From assembly GCA_002269645.1 (NCBI GenBank), contig NIVC01002416.1, forward strand, positions 1-64,000: DNA of 64,000 nt. The letters are read 5' to 3'. This document shows positions 36,509-49,524 of the stretch, in pieces (within the stretch, counting starts at the first letter, position 1; each line of letters starts with the position of its first letter). The DNA is from Macrostomum lignano (Eukaryota). The notes under the pieces are model-generated. The model was not told the DNA's origin. It ran no database searches and worked only from the letters and a program-made list of their open reading frames with translations. The translations under genes and the position numbers were made by a program.

Positions 36509-39374
36509 ATGCCGGACGTCAACATCAGCTCAAGCCCCAAGGCCAGCAACGCCACGGGTCCCGGGTACAGCAGGCTGTACATCGCAGTGCGGGCCGTCAC
36601 CATTCCCGCAGCAGCCACCGGCCTGATGCTCAGCTGCCTGTCGCTGACGCTGCTGGTCTGCAAGTACCTGCGCAACCGGGAGGTGTTCGACGTCGGCCTC
36701 ATCCTGATGCAGCTGGCCCACGTCAACTACTGCCTGGCCGCCTGTGGCTACATGCCGTTCGACCTGGCGCTGCTCATGTCGGAGCACACTCGAGAGGCGT
36801 CACTGGCGAACACCTTGTTCGATGTGAGCTGAAGTACATGCACTTTATTAATAGCTTTGAAGTGGATCTGGAATGCTTTTTTGATATCGATCGCTGCTTG
36901 CATGGATGCGTGCATGCCATAATTATCTAAATTGCAATAATTTGACTTCACCTGCTCACTGTTGGTCTGTTTGAGCGTGAATATTGAAGAATATTTTATG
37001 ACTCATCCGAATCACAGTCGCTATGCAGCCAGGGCGCTCCTCATTGCAGCTCCTTAGTTGATTATCAATTTCTAAGACATTCTACTGGGAGGTAAGACTC
37101 AATGTCATTAGTCTAATATGAATTCAGTCGATGGAATCAACTTTTTCTTTACCAAATGCGTTTACTACAGAGAAGTTGGCTAAAATAAGTAGGCATTACA
37201 ATTTCATCACATCAGCTACTTGTCTATAAAAACCAGTTTAAAAAGGCTTGATTAAGAAACTTTAAAAAACAGTGAAAAGGGAATAGGATAACACGTCGCA
37301 TGAGTGTTACGACAAACTGATTTACCTAATTCATATGGTACTCATAATTGGATTAGAACAGAAGTTCCCATTCCCGTTTTGCGCTTTCGTTTGAGTTGTA
37401 CTTGATGCCGTTGGGTTTCTGCAATTTGAACTGCAGATATCATTCCGATGTAGAGAAAAACTTGGCCCCTTGCCTTTGTGCGCTGGTTTCCTTTCGTCGG
37501 ACAGCCTCCTCGCACTCACGACTGAAGGGTCGGGTCAGGGGTTCGATTCTCGACCCACTCCGAACAATCTGTGTCCCTGAGCAAGACACTCAACTCTGCA
37601 TTGCTTCAGTTAACCCAGCTGTAAAATGGGTGCCAGCATTAGCTGGGGTAATTGAGGCTGTGTGTGGCGACCCCCCAGTCCTTGGACTGAACAGCCGTAC
37701 GCAGCCTTCAGATGCGCCGCGCAATAGCTGCGGCTGAGCTGTCGGTTGCACATCTGTCTCATAAAGTAGTTGTAATCAATAATAAAAATTATTATTATTA
37801 TTAATAGAGATATTTTTATTAGTCCCAGGTCGTAGCACAGCAGGGACCTGTACGAGGACCACTAGGAACACTTCTCTAGTAGTCCTTGGACCTGTAGTGT
37901 GCATATAGCATCCATGGCTTGCTCTCGTGTAAGCTATGCAGATTGTGTTAGCGAGTAGAGTCAATGGTAAAATTGCTCAACAAACTACTCGTAAACAGTA
38001 AAAATTCGTACAAACGAAGAATATTTACCGACGCGTCATTCGGTTTGAAAACGCACAATACTACTAACATATAATACTACTAACATTACATATAATACAA
38101 AGTTACAAAACAATGTCAACCATGGTTAGCCTTGCTTCAAAGAACTTAACAGATATTTTTTACGTTTTTTTGCTTGTGCCGACAGCATCACGTTCTGTAA
38201 AAAAGAAGTAATCGAGATTTAATAAATTTTAGATAGCCCTGATTTGCGGAGAGTAGGCTTACAGTGGATGGGATGCACCCTCAGGGACCTCCAACGCCTC
38301 TATCGGAAATGAAAGCTTCATTTTATTAGAGTTCAATTCCTTAGGCTGTTAAATCGCCGGTTAATTGGAACATTAAAATTCAGCTGCATGCTTTCGAATG
38401 GAAACTCAGTTGCATGTCACGCGCCGCGAAAGAGAATTACAAATTTTATGATGGAAAGAAAATGGAAAAAAATTCTGTCAATGGTCTGAAAGACTCCAGA
38501 CTATAATTTCAAATCGTCTCAGAAGAAACTCGCGTACAAATCTGTTTGCCCTCAGGTGAGCTACTGCTGGGTGTCGTTCAGCGTGGCCGTGAAGAACATG
38601 TGGACGGCCTGCATCAGCGTGTTCCGCTGTCTGGCCACCTTCAAGCCCATCGGCTTCCGCCGCTGGCTGACGCGCCGCTTCCAGCTGTGCGGCTTCGGCG
38701 TCCTGCTGCTGGTCGCGGCCGCCGCCGGGCCCGGCACCTTCGCCGCGTGGCGTCTGGCGGCCGGCGGCAGCGAGCGGTTCCTGGTGGACGTGATGCTGCC
38801 GCTGACGAGGACGCCTCAGACTTACCTGCCCGTGCCGCTGATCCTGCTGGCCTCCGGCGTCACCGCCGCTCAGCTGGCCGTCGCCAGGGGCAACCGGCCT
38901 GGTGAGACCGCCGACACCTCCGCGAACGTCAACGGAACTGCGAACTCGGAGGCTCGCAGTTGGTGCACGGCCACCCGCATCGTGCTGGTGCTGGCGATCT
39001 CATTCTCCATCTTTGAGCTGCCTGGCGCCATCTTCATCACGTTTGAGATTTACCAGCTGCTTCCGGACTGGATGGTGCCGGTGAACGACCTGCTGGTGAC
39101 CATCGACAGCGCCTGCAGCTTCTTCGTGTTCTACGCGTTCAGCGCCAACTTCCGTCGGCAAGTCTGCCAGCTGCTGGTTGAGCCCGGAGCTGCTGGCGGT
39201 GCGCAGCCTCCCAATAACACTGGAGCTGCCGCTTTGCATCAAAGACGACCTCGCATTTCCAGCAGCCGCATTGGCAGCAGCAGCGTCTCTGGGGGTGACG
39301 GCAGCCGTCAGCAGCTGCTTGATTCGCACGCTTCGGCTCCAATGCAGTTGATGGAGATCCGCCGCTCTGAGTAG
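36509..39374 (+). CDS. Orphan rhodopsin-class (family A) GPCR, peptide/chemoreceptor-like; exons 36509-36823 and 38556-39374 (377 aa)
   Basis: Seven hydrophobic segments. N-terminal glycosylation sequons (NISS, NAT). TM3 end MWTACISVFRCLATFKP, TM6 IFELPGAIF, TM7 DSACSFFVFYAFSANFRRQV. Phase-0 intron GAT|GTGAGC...CTCAG|GTG. Confidence 0.88.
37490..37802 (+). mobile_element. tRNA-derived SINE with a CORE-like central domain, in the GPCR intron
   Basis: B-box GGTTCGATTC, then tgtgtccctgagcaagacactcaac...ttgcttcagttaacccagctgtaaaatggg (resembles the MIR/CORE consensus), and a 3' (ATT)n tail. Confidence 0.7.
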
Positions 39375-39979
39375 TGTTTGGAAGAGTCACTTTGGAAGAG
39401 TCGCTTTGGAAGAGTTACTTGAGAGAGGCTGGGTGTTGAAGTCATAGATCTTATATTCCCTAGATAAGCCATTCTATAAGATCCATGGTTGGAGTTGAGC
39501 AGATAATGTCTATGGTCAAGTCTGTCTCCGATGCGCTAATGGGTAGAGAGTTGAGCCATAGACAAAATTTCAGGAGAAGGAGACTTGTTCACTTTAATCT
39601 GGGGCCATTTACTTAATCTTACAAAGTTTTAGAAGAGATAGGAAGAAATTCCAGACGGACATGAGGATGCGCTCAATGAGCTGAGAGAGCTTGAACGAAG
39701 GCGTCTGTTCTGATTTGCGACTATTTTAAACAAATATTTGCGCCTCTTATTCTTCTACTCTTGTTCTTAAAATAACACGCTAATGTACTCTGCCGTTTGC
39801 TTCTACCAAATCGTTAATGTTTGTTTACAAAAGTACACTCCTTCATCGAACTGAACACTGCTTGGTATTCAGTTTATCTGTAGTCTCTGCACCATAGACT
39901 ATGGAGAATTCGTGACGAAATTTCATTCACTGATTCCCTGAAAAAGTATTGTCAGTTTGGAAAAGTGCTCCGTGCCCAG

Positions 39980-40544
<565 letters not shown>

Positions 40545-40554
40545 CACTCTGAAG

Positions 40555-43410
40555 GATCAAACCGATCAACGGATAGCAACGGTGCAGGACCCAACACAGC
40601 CACCTGCACAGTGGCGGTGGTCATCAAAGACGTCAACCTGTTCACCCCAAGCTGCACATCGAGCACCAAAACTCTCTCAGGCATCCGCGAGGACGTCGCC
40701 CTGGGCACGGAGCTCTACGCTATTGAGACGGCGTCACCGACCTTCTGCTCCGACGGTGACAAATCGCAGAGCCTGCGCTACGCCATGAGCTTTACCTATG
40801 CTAACGAAAAAGCCCTTTACCAATCTGGTTGGCATCAAGCACTACTAGGACTAGTTGGTCCTTGGTTGGCATTTGGCTGCTGAGCGACAATCAATTGGCT
40901 GCACCAGTTCTTGAAGATATAGGTTGCAAGGTGACTTTCAGCCTACTTTATTTTTCTTCACAGTGAGAGTAGCTACTGTAGAATATAATTCTTGTGCAAG
41001 ATATTTTCTTAAAATGCGTGATTGAGCATCCTGCGTACATTCTGTGGTCCCTGACTCTTTTACTTCCTCTGACTCTCTGTCCCTCTGACTCTCTGTCCCT
41101 CTGACCATCTGTCCCTCTGACTCTCTGTCCCTCTGACTCTCTGTCCCTCTGACCATCTGTCCTCTGACTCTCTGTCCCTCTGACTCTCTGTCCCTCTGAC
41201 TCTCTGTCCCTCTGACCATCTGTCCCTCTGACTCTCTGTCCCTCTGACTCTCTGTCCCTCTGACTCTCTGTCCCTCTGACTCTCTGTCCCTCTGACTCTC
41301 TGTCCCTCTGACTCTCTGTCCCTCTGACTCTCTGTCCCTCTGACCATCTGTCCTCTGACTCTCTGTCCCTCTGACTCTCTGTCCCTCTGACTCTCTGTCC
41401 CTCTGACTCTCTGTCCCTCTGACCATCTGTCCTCTGACTCTCTGTCCCTCTGACTCTCTGTCCCTCTGACTCTCTGTCCCTCTGACTCTCTGTCCCTCTG
41501 ACCATCTGTCCTCTGACTCTCTGTCCCTCTGACTCTCTGTCCCTCTGACTCTCTGTCCCTCTGACTCTCTGTCCCTCTGACTCTCTGTCCCTCTGACTCT
41601 CTGTCCCTCTGACTCTCTGTCCCTCTGACTCTCTGTCCCTCTGACTCTCTGTCCCTCTGACTCTCTGTCCCTCTGACTCTCTGTCCCTCTGACCATCTGT
41701 CCTCTGACTCTCTGTCCCTCTGACTCTCTGTCCCTCTGACTCTCTGTCCCTCTGACTCTCTGTCCCTCTGACTCTCTGTCCCTCTGACCATCTGTCCTCT
41801 GACTCTCTGTCCCTCTGACTCTCTGTCCCTCTGACTCTCTGTCCCTCTGACTCTCTGTCCCTCTGACTCTCTGTCCCTCTGACTCTCTGTCCCTCTGACC
41901 ATCTGTCCTCTGACTCTCTGTCCCTCTGACCATCTGTCCTCTGACTCTCTGTCCCTCTGACTCTCTGTCCCTCTGACCATCTGTCCTCTGACTCTCTGTC
42001 CCTCTGACTCTCTGTCCCTCTGACCATCTGTCCTCTGACTCTCTGTCCCTCTGACCATCTGTCCCTCTGACTCTCTGTCCCTCTGACTCTCTGTCCCTCT
42101 GACTCTCTGTCCCTCTGACTCTCTGTCCCTCTGACTCTCTGTCCCTCTGACTCTCTGTCCCTCTGACTCTCTGTCCCTCTGACTCTCTGTCCCTCTGACT
42201 CTCTGTCCCTCTGACTCTCTGTCCCTCTGACTCTCTGTCCCTCTGACTCTCTGTCCCTCTGACCATCTGTCCCTCTGACTCTCTGTCCCTCTGACCATCT
42301 GTCCTCTGACTCTCTGTCCCTCTGACTCTCTGTCCCTCTGACTCTCTGTCCCTCTGACTCTCTGTCCCTCTGACCATCTGTCCTCTGACTCTCTGTCCCT
42401 CTGACTCTCTGTCCCTCTGACTCTCTGTCCCTCTGACTCTCTGTCCCTCTGACTCTCTGTCCTCTGACTCTCTGTCCCTCTGACTCTCTGTCCCTCTGAC
42501 TCTCTGTCCCTCTGACTCTCTGTCCCTCTGACTCTCTGTCCCTCTGACTCTCTGTCCCTCTGACTCTCTGTCCCTCTGACTCTCTGTCCCTCTGACTCTC
42601 TGTCCCTCTGACTCTCTGTCCCTCTGACTCTCTGTCCCTCTGACTCTCTGTCCCTCTGACTCTCTGTCCCTCTGACTCTCTGTCCCTCTGACTCTCTGTC
42701 CCTCTGACTCTCTGTCCCTCTGACTCTCTGTCCCTCTGACTCTCTGTCCCTCTGACTCTCTGTCCCTCTGACTCTCTGTCCCTCTGACTCTCTGTCCCTC
42801 TGACTCTCTGTCCCTCTGACTCTCTGTCCTCTGACTCTCTGTCCTCTGACTCTCTGTCCCTCTGACTCTCTGTCCCTCTGACTCTCTGTCCCTCTGACTC
42901 TCTGTCCCTCTGACTCTCTGTCCCTCTGACTCTCTGTCCCTCTGACTCTCTGTCCCTCTGACTCTCTGTCCCTCTGACTCTCTGTCCCTCTGACTCTCTG
43001 TCCCTCTGACTCTCTGTCCCTCTGACTCTCTGTCCCTCTGACTCTCTGTCCCTCTGACTCTCCCCACTGAATTGAATTTATTCTCTCTGATTCTCCCAAC
43101 TCAATGGCAGGCGCAGTCTCGGTGGCCTCAGCCCTCGACCGCGAGACTCAGGCTAGTCTCACCCTGACCATCCAAGCCACGGACGGCCCGGGCCTGACAT
43201 CGACAGGCTCCCAGCAGCTGGCCGTCACCCTCACCGACGTCAACGACAATTCGCCGGAGTTCCCAACGGCGCATTTTACCATCGACATCTACGAAGGCAC
43301 AGCGAGCCCCAGCACGCTGATCACCTTCACGAATCCTTCGGTTGTGAAGGATGCTGACATGGGCGCCAATGCTTATGTTAATGTGTCTCTGGCTAGCGGA
43401 GTCAAGCCCC
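40555..43410 (+). CDS. Cadherin-repeat protein, two internal exons (~40555-40827 and 43111-43410); other exons not found
   Basis: [27 protein letters not shown]...IREDVALGT...CSDGD and [22 protein letters not shown]...[13 protein letters not shown]...IYEG...[10 protein letters not shown] match cadherin DRE, AxD, DxNDN and DxD motifs. The junction is phase 1 (G|GC). Confidence 0.82.
41065..43062. repeat. 2-kb pyrimidine-rich 16-bp minisatellite in the cadherin intron
   Basis: Unit ctctgactctctgtcc with variant ctctgaccatctgtcc. Confidence 0.97.
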
Positions 43411-43454
43411 GTGAGTTGGGGGTCGAGGTTGGGGAAACGGGACGGCATTTTAAC

Positions 43455-43470
43455 TGAGAGAGAGAGAGAG

Positions 43471-43557
<87 letters not shown>

Positions 43558-43622
43558 GGAGAGAGAGAGAGAGAGAGAAGGGAGAGAGAGAGGGAGAGAG
43601 AGATGGAGAGAGAGAGAGAGAG
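43455..43622. repeat. (AG)n microsatellite
   Basis: Directly visible. Confidence 0.97.
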
Positions 43623-44624
43623 AGGAGTATCCCCGTCTGTTAGCTGTCTGCGACAAAGTCATGCATATGCATGAGCTGCAAAAATGCTGGTTTGCGTTTG
43701 CCTGCTTTCTGTGTTTCTGTGTTATTTTGTTAAAATAAATTTTATTGCGCATTGGAAGCCAAGCAGCCGACCGACTGAGTCGACTGAGGGATCTGAGATA
43801 GGAGGGGAGCATTTATGACTGAATAACCAGATCAGTGTCTGCATGGCCTCAGTCTCCTGAAGACAGCTTCATCCTGACAATGCCCCTCTGAGCAAAACCC
43901 CTAGTGCCAAAATCCCTCTTCCCAATCGCTCCTCACCCAGCCCAACTCTGCATCGCGTGGCGCAAAGTTGCGTCACTCAAAAGTCAACAGTGAGCTAGAA
44001 TTTACTGCGCACTTTACTGTTGTCGAGTACTTGAGTATAATATGCAGCTTAAAAATAATTTGAATTAATTTTTAGCATACTACTAAAGTAGTTGTAGAAA
44101 GTCAACAATCATTATTTATCAGTTTTAAACACTTTTTTTGCAGGGAAAGATAAAAATGTGAAGATATATATTTGTTTGCACAGTTACAAAATTACGTTTA
44201 GTACACAAGGCTTTAGTATCACAGATATATAAGAATTTTAATTGTCACTATAAAAATATAACCATAAGAAACATTCAGTAAACCCTTCAAAGTTTCGATA
44301 ACAGAAAGAGGGAAAACATTTTTGAACAATAAATTGAATGACCGAGACAGCGTGACAAGCGGCAGGTCTATTGAATATTTACTTTTAAATCTAGAGTCAA
44401 TGACTTCTTCATTGACTTATCAGAAGCAGGGGTTGTCTGCACCCCGGCGCACTTTAAGCGACATTGGCACAAAACCGGCGAGAGGCATTGCTGCCCATTC
44501 CGCCGACTCCCCCCTAAGCAGGCACACAGGCGCGCGGATACGTACGCAGTCATACGCACAGGCACACACTCACACAGGAGTGTACAGCGGCCCTAACTTT
44601 ATTTTATCGTTAGGCATGTACACT

Positions 44625-45000
44625 TCACAGTTCGTGCCTGCATTTCGTGCACGCATATTGATGCGGTGCTGCATTTCGTGCACGCATATTGATGCAGCAT
44701 TTCGTGCACGCATATTGATGCGGTACTGCATTTCGTGCACGCATATTGATGCGGTGCTGCATTTCGTGCACGCATATTGATGCGGTGCTGCATTTCGTGC
44801 ACGCATATTGATGCGGTGCTGCATTTCATGCACGCATATTGATGCGGTGCTGCATTTCGTGCACGCATATTGATGCGGTGCTGCATTTCGTGCACGCATA
44901 TTGATGCGGTGCTGCATTTCGTGCATGCATATTGATGCGGTGCTGCATTTCGTGCACGCATATTGATGCGGTGCTGCATTTCGTGCACGCATATTGATGC
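44625..45000. repeat. 31-bp minisatellite
   Basis: Unit gctgcatttcgtgcacgcatattgatgcggt. Confidence 0.95.
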
Positions 45001-45051
45001 TCTGCTTTCTGCAGAGTGCAGAAGCCGCAAAGCAAAGCCCAGCTCACTCAC

Positions 45052-45324
45052 CCACAGCTGAGGCAGGCTGGAGTCGCTGGCGTGCCGGCACTTCCTGCAG
45101 GCGTCCATCGCTCCCCGATCGCAGGCCAGCAGCGAGCAGGAGCCCGAGGCCGCGTCGAAGCGGACGGCTTCCGCGTTCTCAGCAGAAGTCACGCAGTGAA
45201 TGTCGTTGACCGCCAGCTTCACCGCCAGCACCCGGTACTCGGCGAGGTCACCTCGCTGGAGACTCCAGCAGGGCTTCTCGGCAGCCGCTGCCATGACAGC
45301 GCAGATGATGAGCAGAGAAAGCAT
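45052..45324 (-). CDS. First exon of a small secreted Cys-rich protein (possibly PAN/apple-like)
   Basis: MLSLLIICAVMAAAAEKPC signal peptide, then HCVTS...AVRFDAASGSCSLLAC. Donor TGG|GTGAGT at 45051. Confidence 0.55.
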
Positions 45325-45745
45325 TGTGCCGTAGGTAGCAGTTAGCTTGGATTCTGCAATTTCTGCTCCGTGTGTTGACATCCCGGGAGGCTTCGCGCCC
45401 GCTTTGATAACTTGAGTTTTTTTATGTAGAACTGCTTGGCAACCACGAGCGCACATGCGGTTGAGGGAAGAAAATTGGGGCGTCAATTCCCCAGTTCAAG
45501 TGCAAAAACAATGAGTGAGAAGCGGTCTTGGAGACTGGAACTCGTCTATTGCGAACCCCCCCCCCCATAGTCATACCCTCCTATTGTACGCACACGCAGT
45601 CTAGGTGGACACAGCATAATAACGATGGTTATTTTAAAACTAAAACTTGCCCTCTCGCCTAGGGATTATAGGAAAAAATGATTTTTATAACAACCACGTT
45701 AGAATAAAAAAACTTCTATTTCTCTGCCAACACCAGATCTGCAAC

Positions 45746-45945
45746 TCAGCAACGGCTAACCACCCCCCCCACCCAACCCCTAGCTGATGCCGTCACGCTC
45801 ACCAGCCGGTTGATGAACTCTTGGGGCAGCTGCTGCCAGGCGTTCAGAGCCGCCCGTAGCAGCTGTTCAGCATTCTGCTGAACTCCCTGCTGAACTCCTC
45901 GCTTTACGAAGTCCCGGACATGCTCGATGGGGTTCAAGGCAGGCT
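45746..45945 (-). pseudogene. Tc1-like transposase C-terminal fragment
   Basis: LNPIEHVRDFVKR...LLRAALNAWQQLPQEFINRLVS resembles the Tc1 SPDLNPIEHxWxxLKR...W..IP...I..L signature; no TIRs seen. Confidence 0.65.
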
Positions 45946-46469
45946 TCGCTCATTTCTGAAGTTGCTGGGTATTTATAACTACCTGTTAACTCGTTTTGCT
46001 CGCCTGGTTCTGTTGTGCACTTGTTGGTTTGTTTTGAAATACCGCAGTTCATCTAGCTTGTAAACTGTACCTGATTCTGGCTATGCTTCAGAGACCTTAA
46101 ACTCTACGATTTAACTCCACTCCACTGTGGTTTAGTGAGATAGACTGAGATAGATAGTGAGATAGATTTGTCATTTTGCTCTTTATTTTCTAGCTTGTAT
46201 CTTTTGCTTAGTTAAATTGAGATAAGTTATAATTTTTAATGGGATTTTGGATAAGTGCAACTCATTATAATGATTATATAAATTGCTTGAATCTTTGCCT
46301 TTATTTGCTATTGATCAGTTGTGAATTTTAAGTCGGAATGTCAGTAATATATTATTTATCTAATTATTATCGTTGCTGAGAATTATAACTATGAGTAGTG
46401 CTGATAAGAATTATTGTAGTGTATATAATTTCCGAATCTCCGTTATAAGAATAGGCTTAGAAGTCTATC

Positions 46470-46867
46470 GGACTACTTGATGAGACTATAGTCTATGGGA
46501 TTACTCTATGGGAGAATAAGTCTACGAGAATATAATCTATGGGACTAGTTTGAGGGATCATAGTCTACGGGACTATAATCTCTATGAATATAGTCTATAG
46601 GAATTGTCTATGGCACTAGTGTATTGGACTAGCCTATGGGACTATAATCTATGGGATTATAGTCAGTGACTATAGTCTAAGGGAGTATAATCTATGGGAG
46701 TATAGTCTATGGGAGTATAGTCCATGGGAGTATAGTCCATGGGAGTATCGTCTATGGGAGTATAGTCTATGGGAGTATAGTCTATGGGAGTATAGTCTAT
46801 GGTAGTATAGTCTATGGGAGTATAGTCTATGGTAGTTCAGTCTATGGGAGCGTATAGTCTATGGTAG
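46470..46867. repeat. 15-bp minisatellite (degenerate 5' part)
   Basis: Unit ctatgggagtatagt; the same sequence resumes after 49175. Confidence 0.85.
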
Positions 46868-49171
46868 TGTGGTGAGTACACCTTCCCCAGTCCATTTAAA
46901 GGACGCAATGTCCTCTCTGCTTGTTTATTTCTCCTCTACGCGCGTGCCGAGCTGGTGAAAACCGGCCCACCCTTAGTCTCTAATATATTCTGCCCTTTTT
47001 GTTATGAGTAAGCCTGCGTACAGCCTGGCGTTTGGCTTTAGCCGGGGTAGACATTGTTGTCTGGGCCGTGGAGCAGTCTGATTGACTGAGCCTACCCCTC
47101 CCTCGCGCTTTTTGGGGCGGTTGGCCCACAGTTGAAGGAATACTATTGAACATATATGATTTCAGATGAGCAATCCATAGTATTCCTTCATCCAGCATGG
47201 GTTGGCCTCTCTAAGCCGCGCGGCCGTCGTCTGCTGAGATGCTTGCTATCTGGGAGATGCTTGCTATCTGGGGGATGCTTGCTATCTGGGGGATGCTTGC
47301 TATCTGGGGGATGCTTGCTATCTGGGGGATGCTTGCTATCTGGGTGGATGCTTGCTATCTGGGGGATGCTTGCTATCTGGGTGGATGCTTGCTATCTGGG
47401 GGATGCTTGCTATCTGGGGGATGCTTGCTATCTGGGGGATGCTTGCTATCTGGGGGATGCTTGCTATCTGGGGATGCTTGCTATCTGGGTGGATGCTTGC
47501 TATCTGGGGGATGCTTGCTATCTGGGGGATGCTTGCTATCTGGGGGATGCTTGCTATCTGGGGGATGCTTGCTATCTGGGTGGATGCTTGCTATCTGGGG
47601 GATGCTTGCTATCTGGGTGGATGCTTGCTATCTGGGGGATGCTTGCTATCTGGGAGATGCTTGCTATCTGGGGGATGCTTGCTATCTGGGGGATGCTTGC
47701 TATCTGGGGGATGCTTGCTATCTGGGGGATGCTTGCTATCTGGGTGGATGCTTGCTATCTGGGGGATGCTTGCTATCTGGGGGATGCTTGCTATCTGCAG
47801 GATGCTTGCTATCTGGGTGGATGCTTGCTATCTGGGGGATGCTTGCTATCTGGGTGGATGCTTGCTATCTGGGGGATGCTTGCTATCTGGGAGATGCTTG
47901 CTATCTGGGGGATGCTTGCTATCTGCAGGATGCTTGCTATCTGGGAGATGCTTGCTATCTGCAGGATGCTTGCTATCTGGGTGGATGCTTGCTATCTGGG
48001 AGATGCTTGCTATCTGGGGGATGCTTGCTATCTGGGAGATGCTTGCTATCTGGGGGATGCTTGCTATCTGGGTGGATGCTTGCTATCTGGGAGATGCTTG
48101 CTATCTGCAGGATGCTTGCTATCTGGGAGATGCTTGCTATCTGGGGGATGCTTGCTATCTGGGTGGATGCTTGCTATCTGGGTGGATGCTTGCTATCTGG
48201 GTGGATGCTTGCTATCTGGGTGGATGCTTGCTATCTGGGGGATGCTTGCTATCTGCGGGATGCTTGCTATCTGGGTGGATGCTTGCTATCTGGGAGATGC
48301 TTGCTATCTGGGGGATGCTTGCGATCTGCAGGATGCTTGCTATCTGGGAGATGCTTGCTATCTGCAGGATGCTTGCTATCTGGGAGGATGCTTGCTATCT
48401 GGGAGATGCTTGCTATCTGGGAGATGCTTGCTATCTGGGGGATGCTTGCTATCTGGGTGGATGCTTGCTATCTGGGTGGATGCTTGCTATCTGGGGGATG
48501 CTTGCTATCTGGGGGATGCTTGCTATCTGGGGGATGCTTGCTATCTGGGGGATGCTTGCTATCTGGGTGGATGCTTGCTATCTGGGTGGATGCTTGCTAT
48601 CTGGGGGGATGCTTGCTATCTGGGGGATGCTTGCTATCTGGGTGGATGCTTGCTATCTGGGTGGATGCTTGCTATCTGGGTGGATGCTTGCTATCTGGGT
48701 GGATGCTTGCTATCTGGGTGGATGCTTGCTATCTGGGGGATGCTTGCTATCTGGGTGGATGCTTGCTATCTGGGTGGATGCTTGCTATCTGGGTGGATGC
48801 TTGCTATCTGGGTGGATGCTTGCTATCTGGGTGGATGCTTGCTATCTGGGGGATGCTTGCTATCTGCAATTTTTTCCATGAATAATTTTTGCTCCTTGCT
48901 TATTGGGCGTCCCGAAGGGGCACTAGATTGCTAGTTTGTAACTCATTCGCGTTCTCATTTGCGACTGTGCCACGCTGCCCTGTGTGCCCGGAGAAATAGA
49001 CCCCACGTCACCCGTAACCGTGAGCCTTCAGCCGTGTTCTTTTGGGGTTTTGGGGTTGGCTGCTTGGGCGGGATCGGAGCGTCGTACGCGAGTAGGTTGG
49101 CGACCACAGCGAGGGTCAGTATACGAGCCGGGACTCTGGAAGAAAAGACCGGGATTTCCCCTGTAACCACA
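46868..49171. mobile_element. Probable solo LTR (TG...CA) with an internal minisatellite expansion
   Basis: Begins TGTGG, ends CCACA, flanked by 4-bp TSD GTAG (46864-46867, 49172-49175). It interrupts the 15-bp array. Non-repeat length is about 670 bp. Confidence 0.6.
47235..48866. repeat. 17-18-bp minisatellite inside the solo LTR
   Basis: Unit ggatgcttgctatctggg with gggt/gga/gca variants. Confidence 0.97.
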
Positions 49172-49524
49172 GTAGTTTAGCCTATGGAAGCGTATAGTCT
49201 ATGGTAGTGTAGTCTATTGTTGAGACTTCATTGTCTCATCTCTCCTCATTGGCTGTATTGCAGCGGTAATGTTGTGAGCTTACGAAGTACTCGTATTTCC
49301 GGTCACTGTTTATTCAGCCCTAGAAATCATCCTGATTTAAATTTAGCATCGTCGTAGCCATAAAAATCATAATAATCGAAATGAAATCGAGCCTGCATAA
49401 TCGTAATTGACTCTTTCCAATAGCTGCCTTGAGCCTGCAGATCGGTCCAGCAGCAGGTGCGCATTGAGACTTGGACGCTAACTGACTACCGGTGCCTACC
49501 AGACACCTCATCGATGACTCATGA

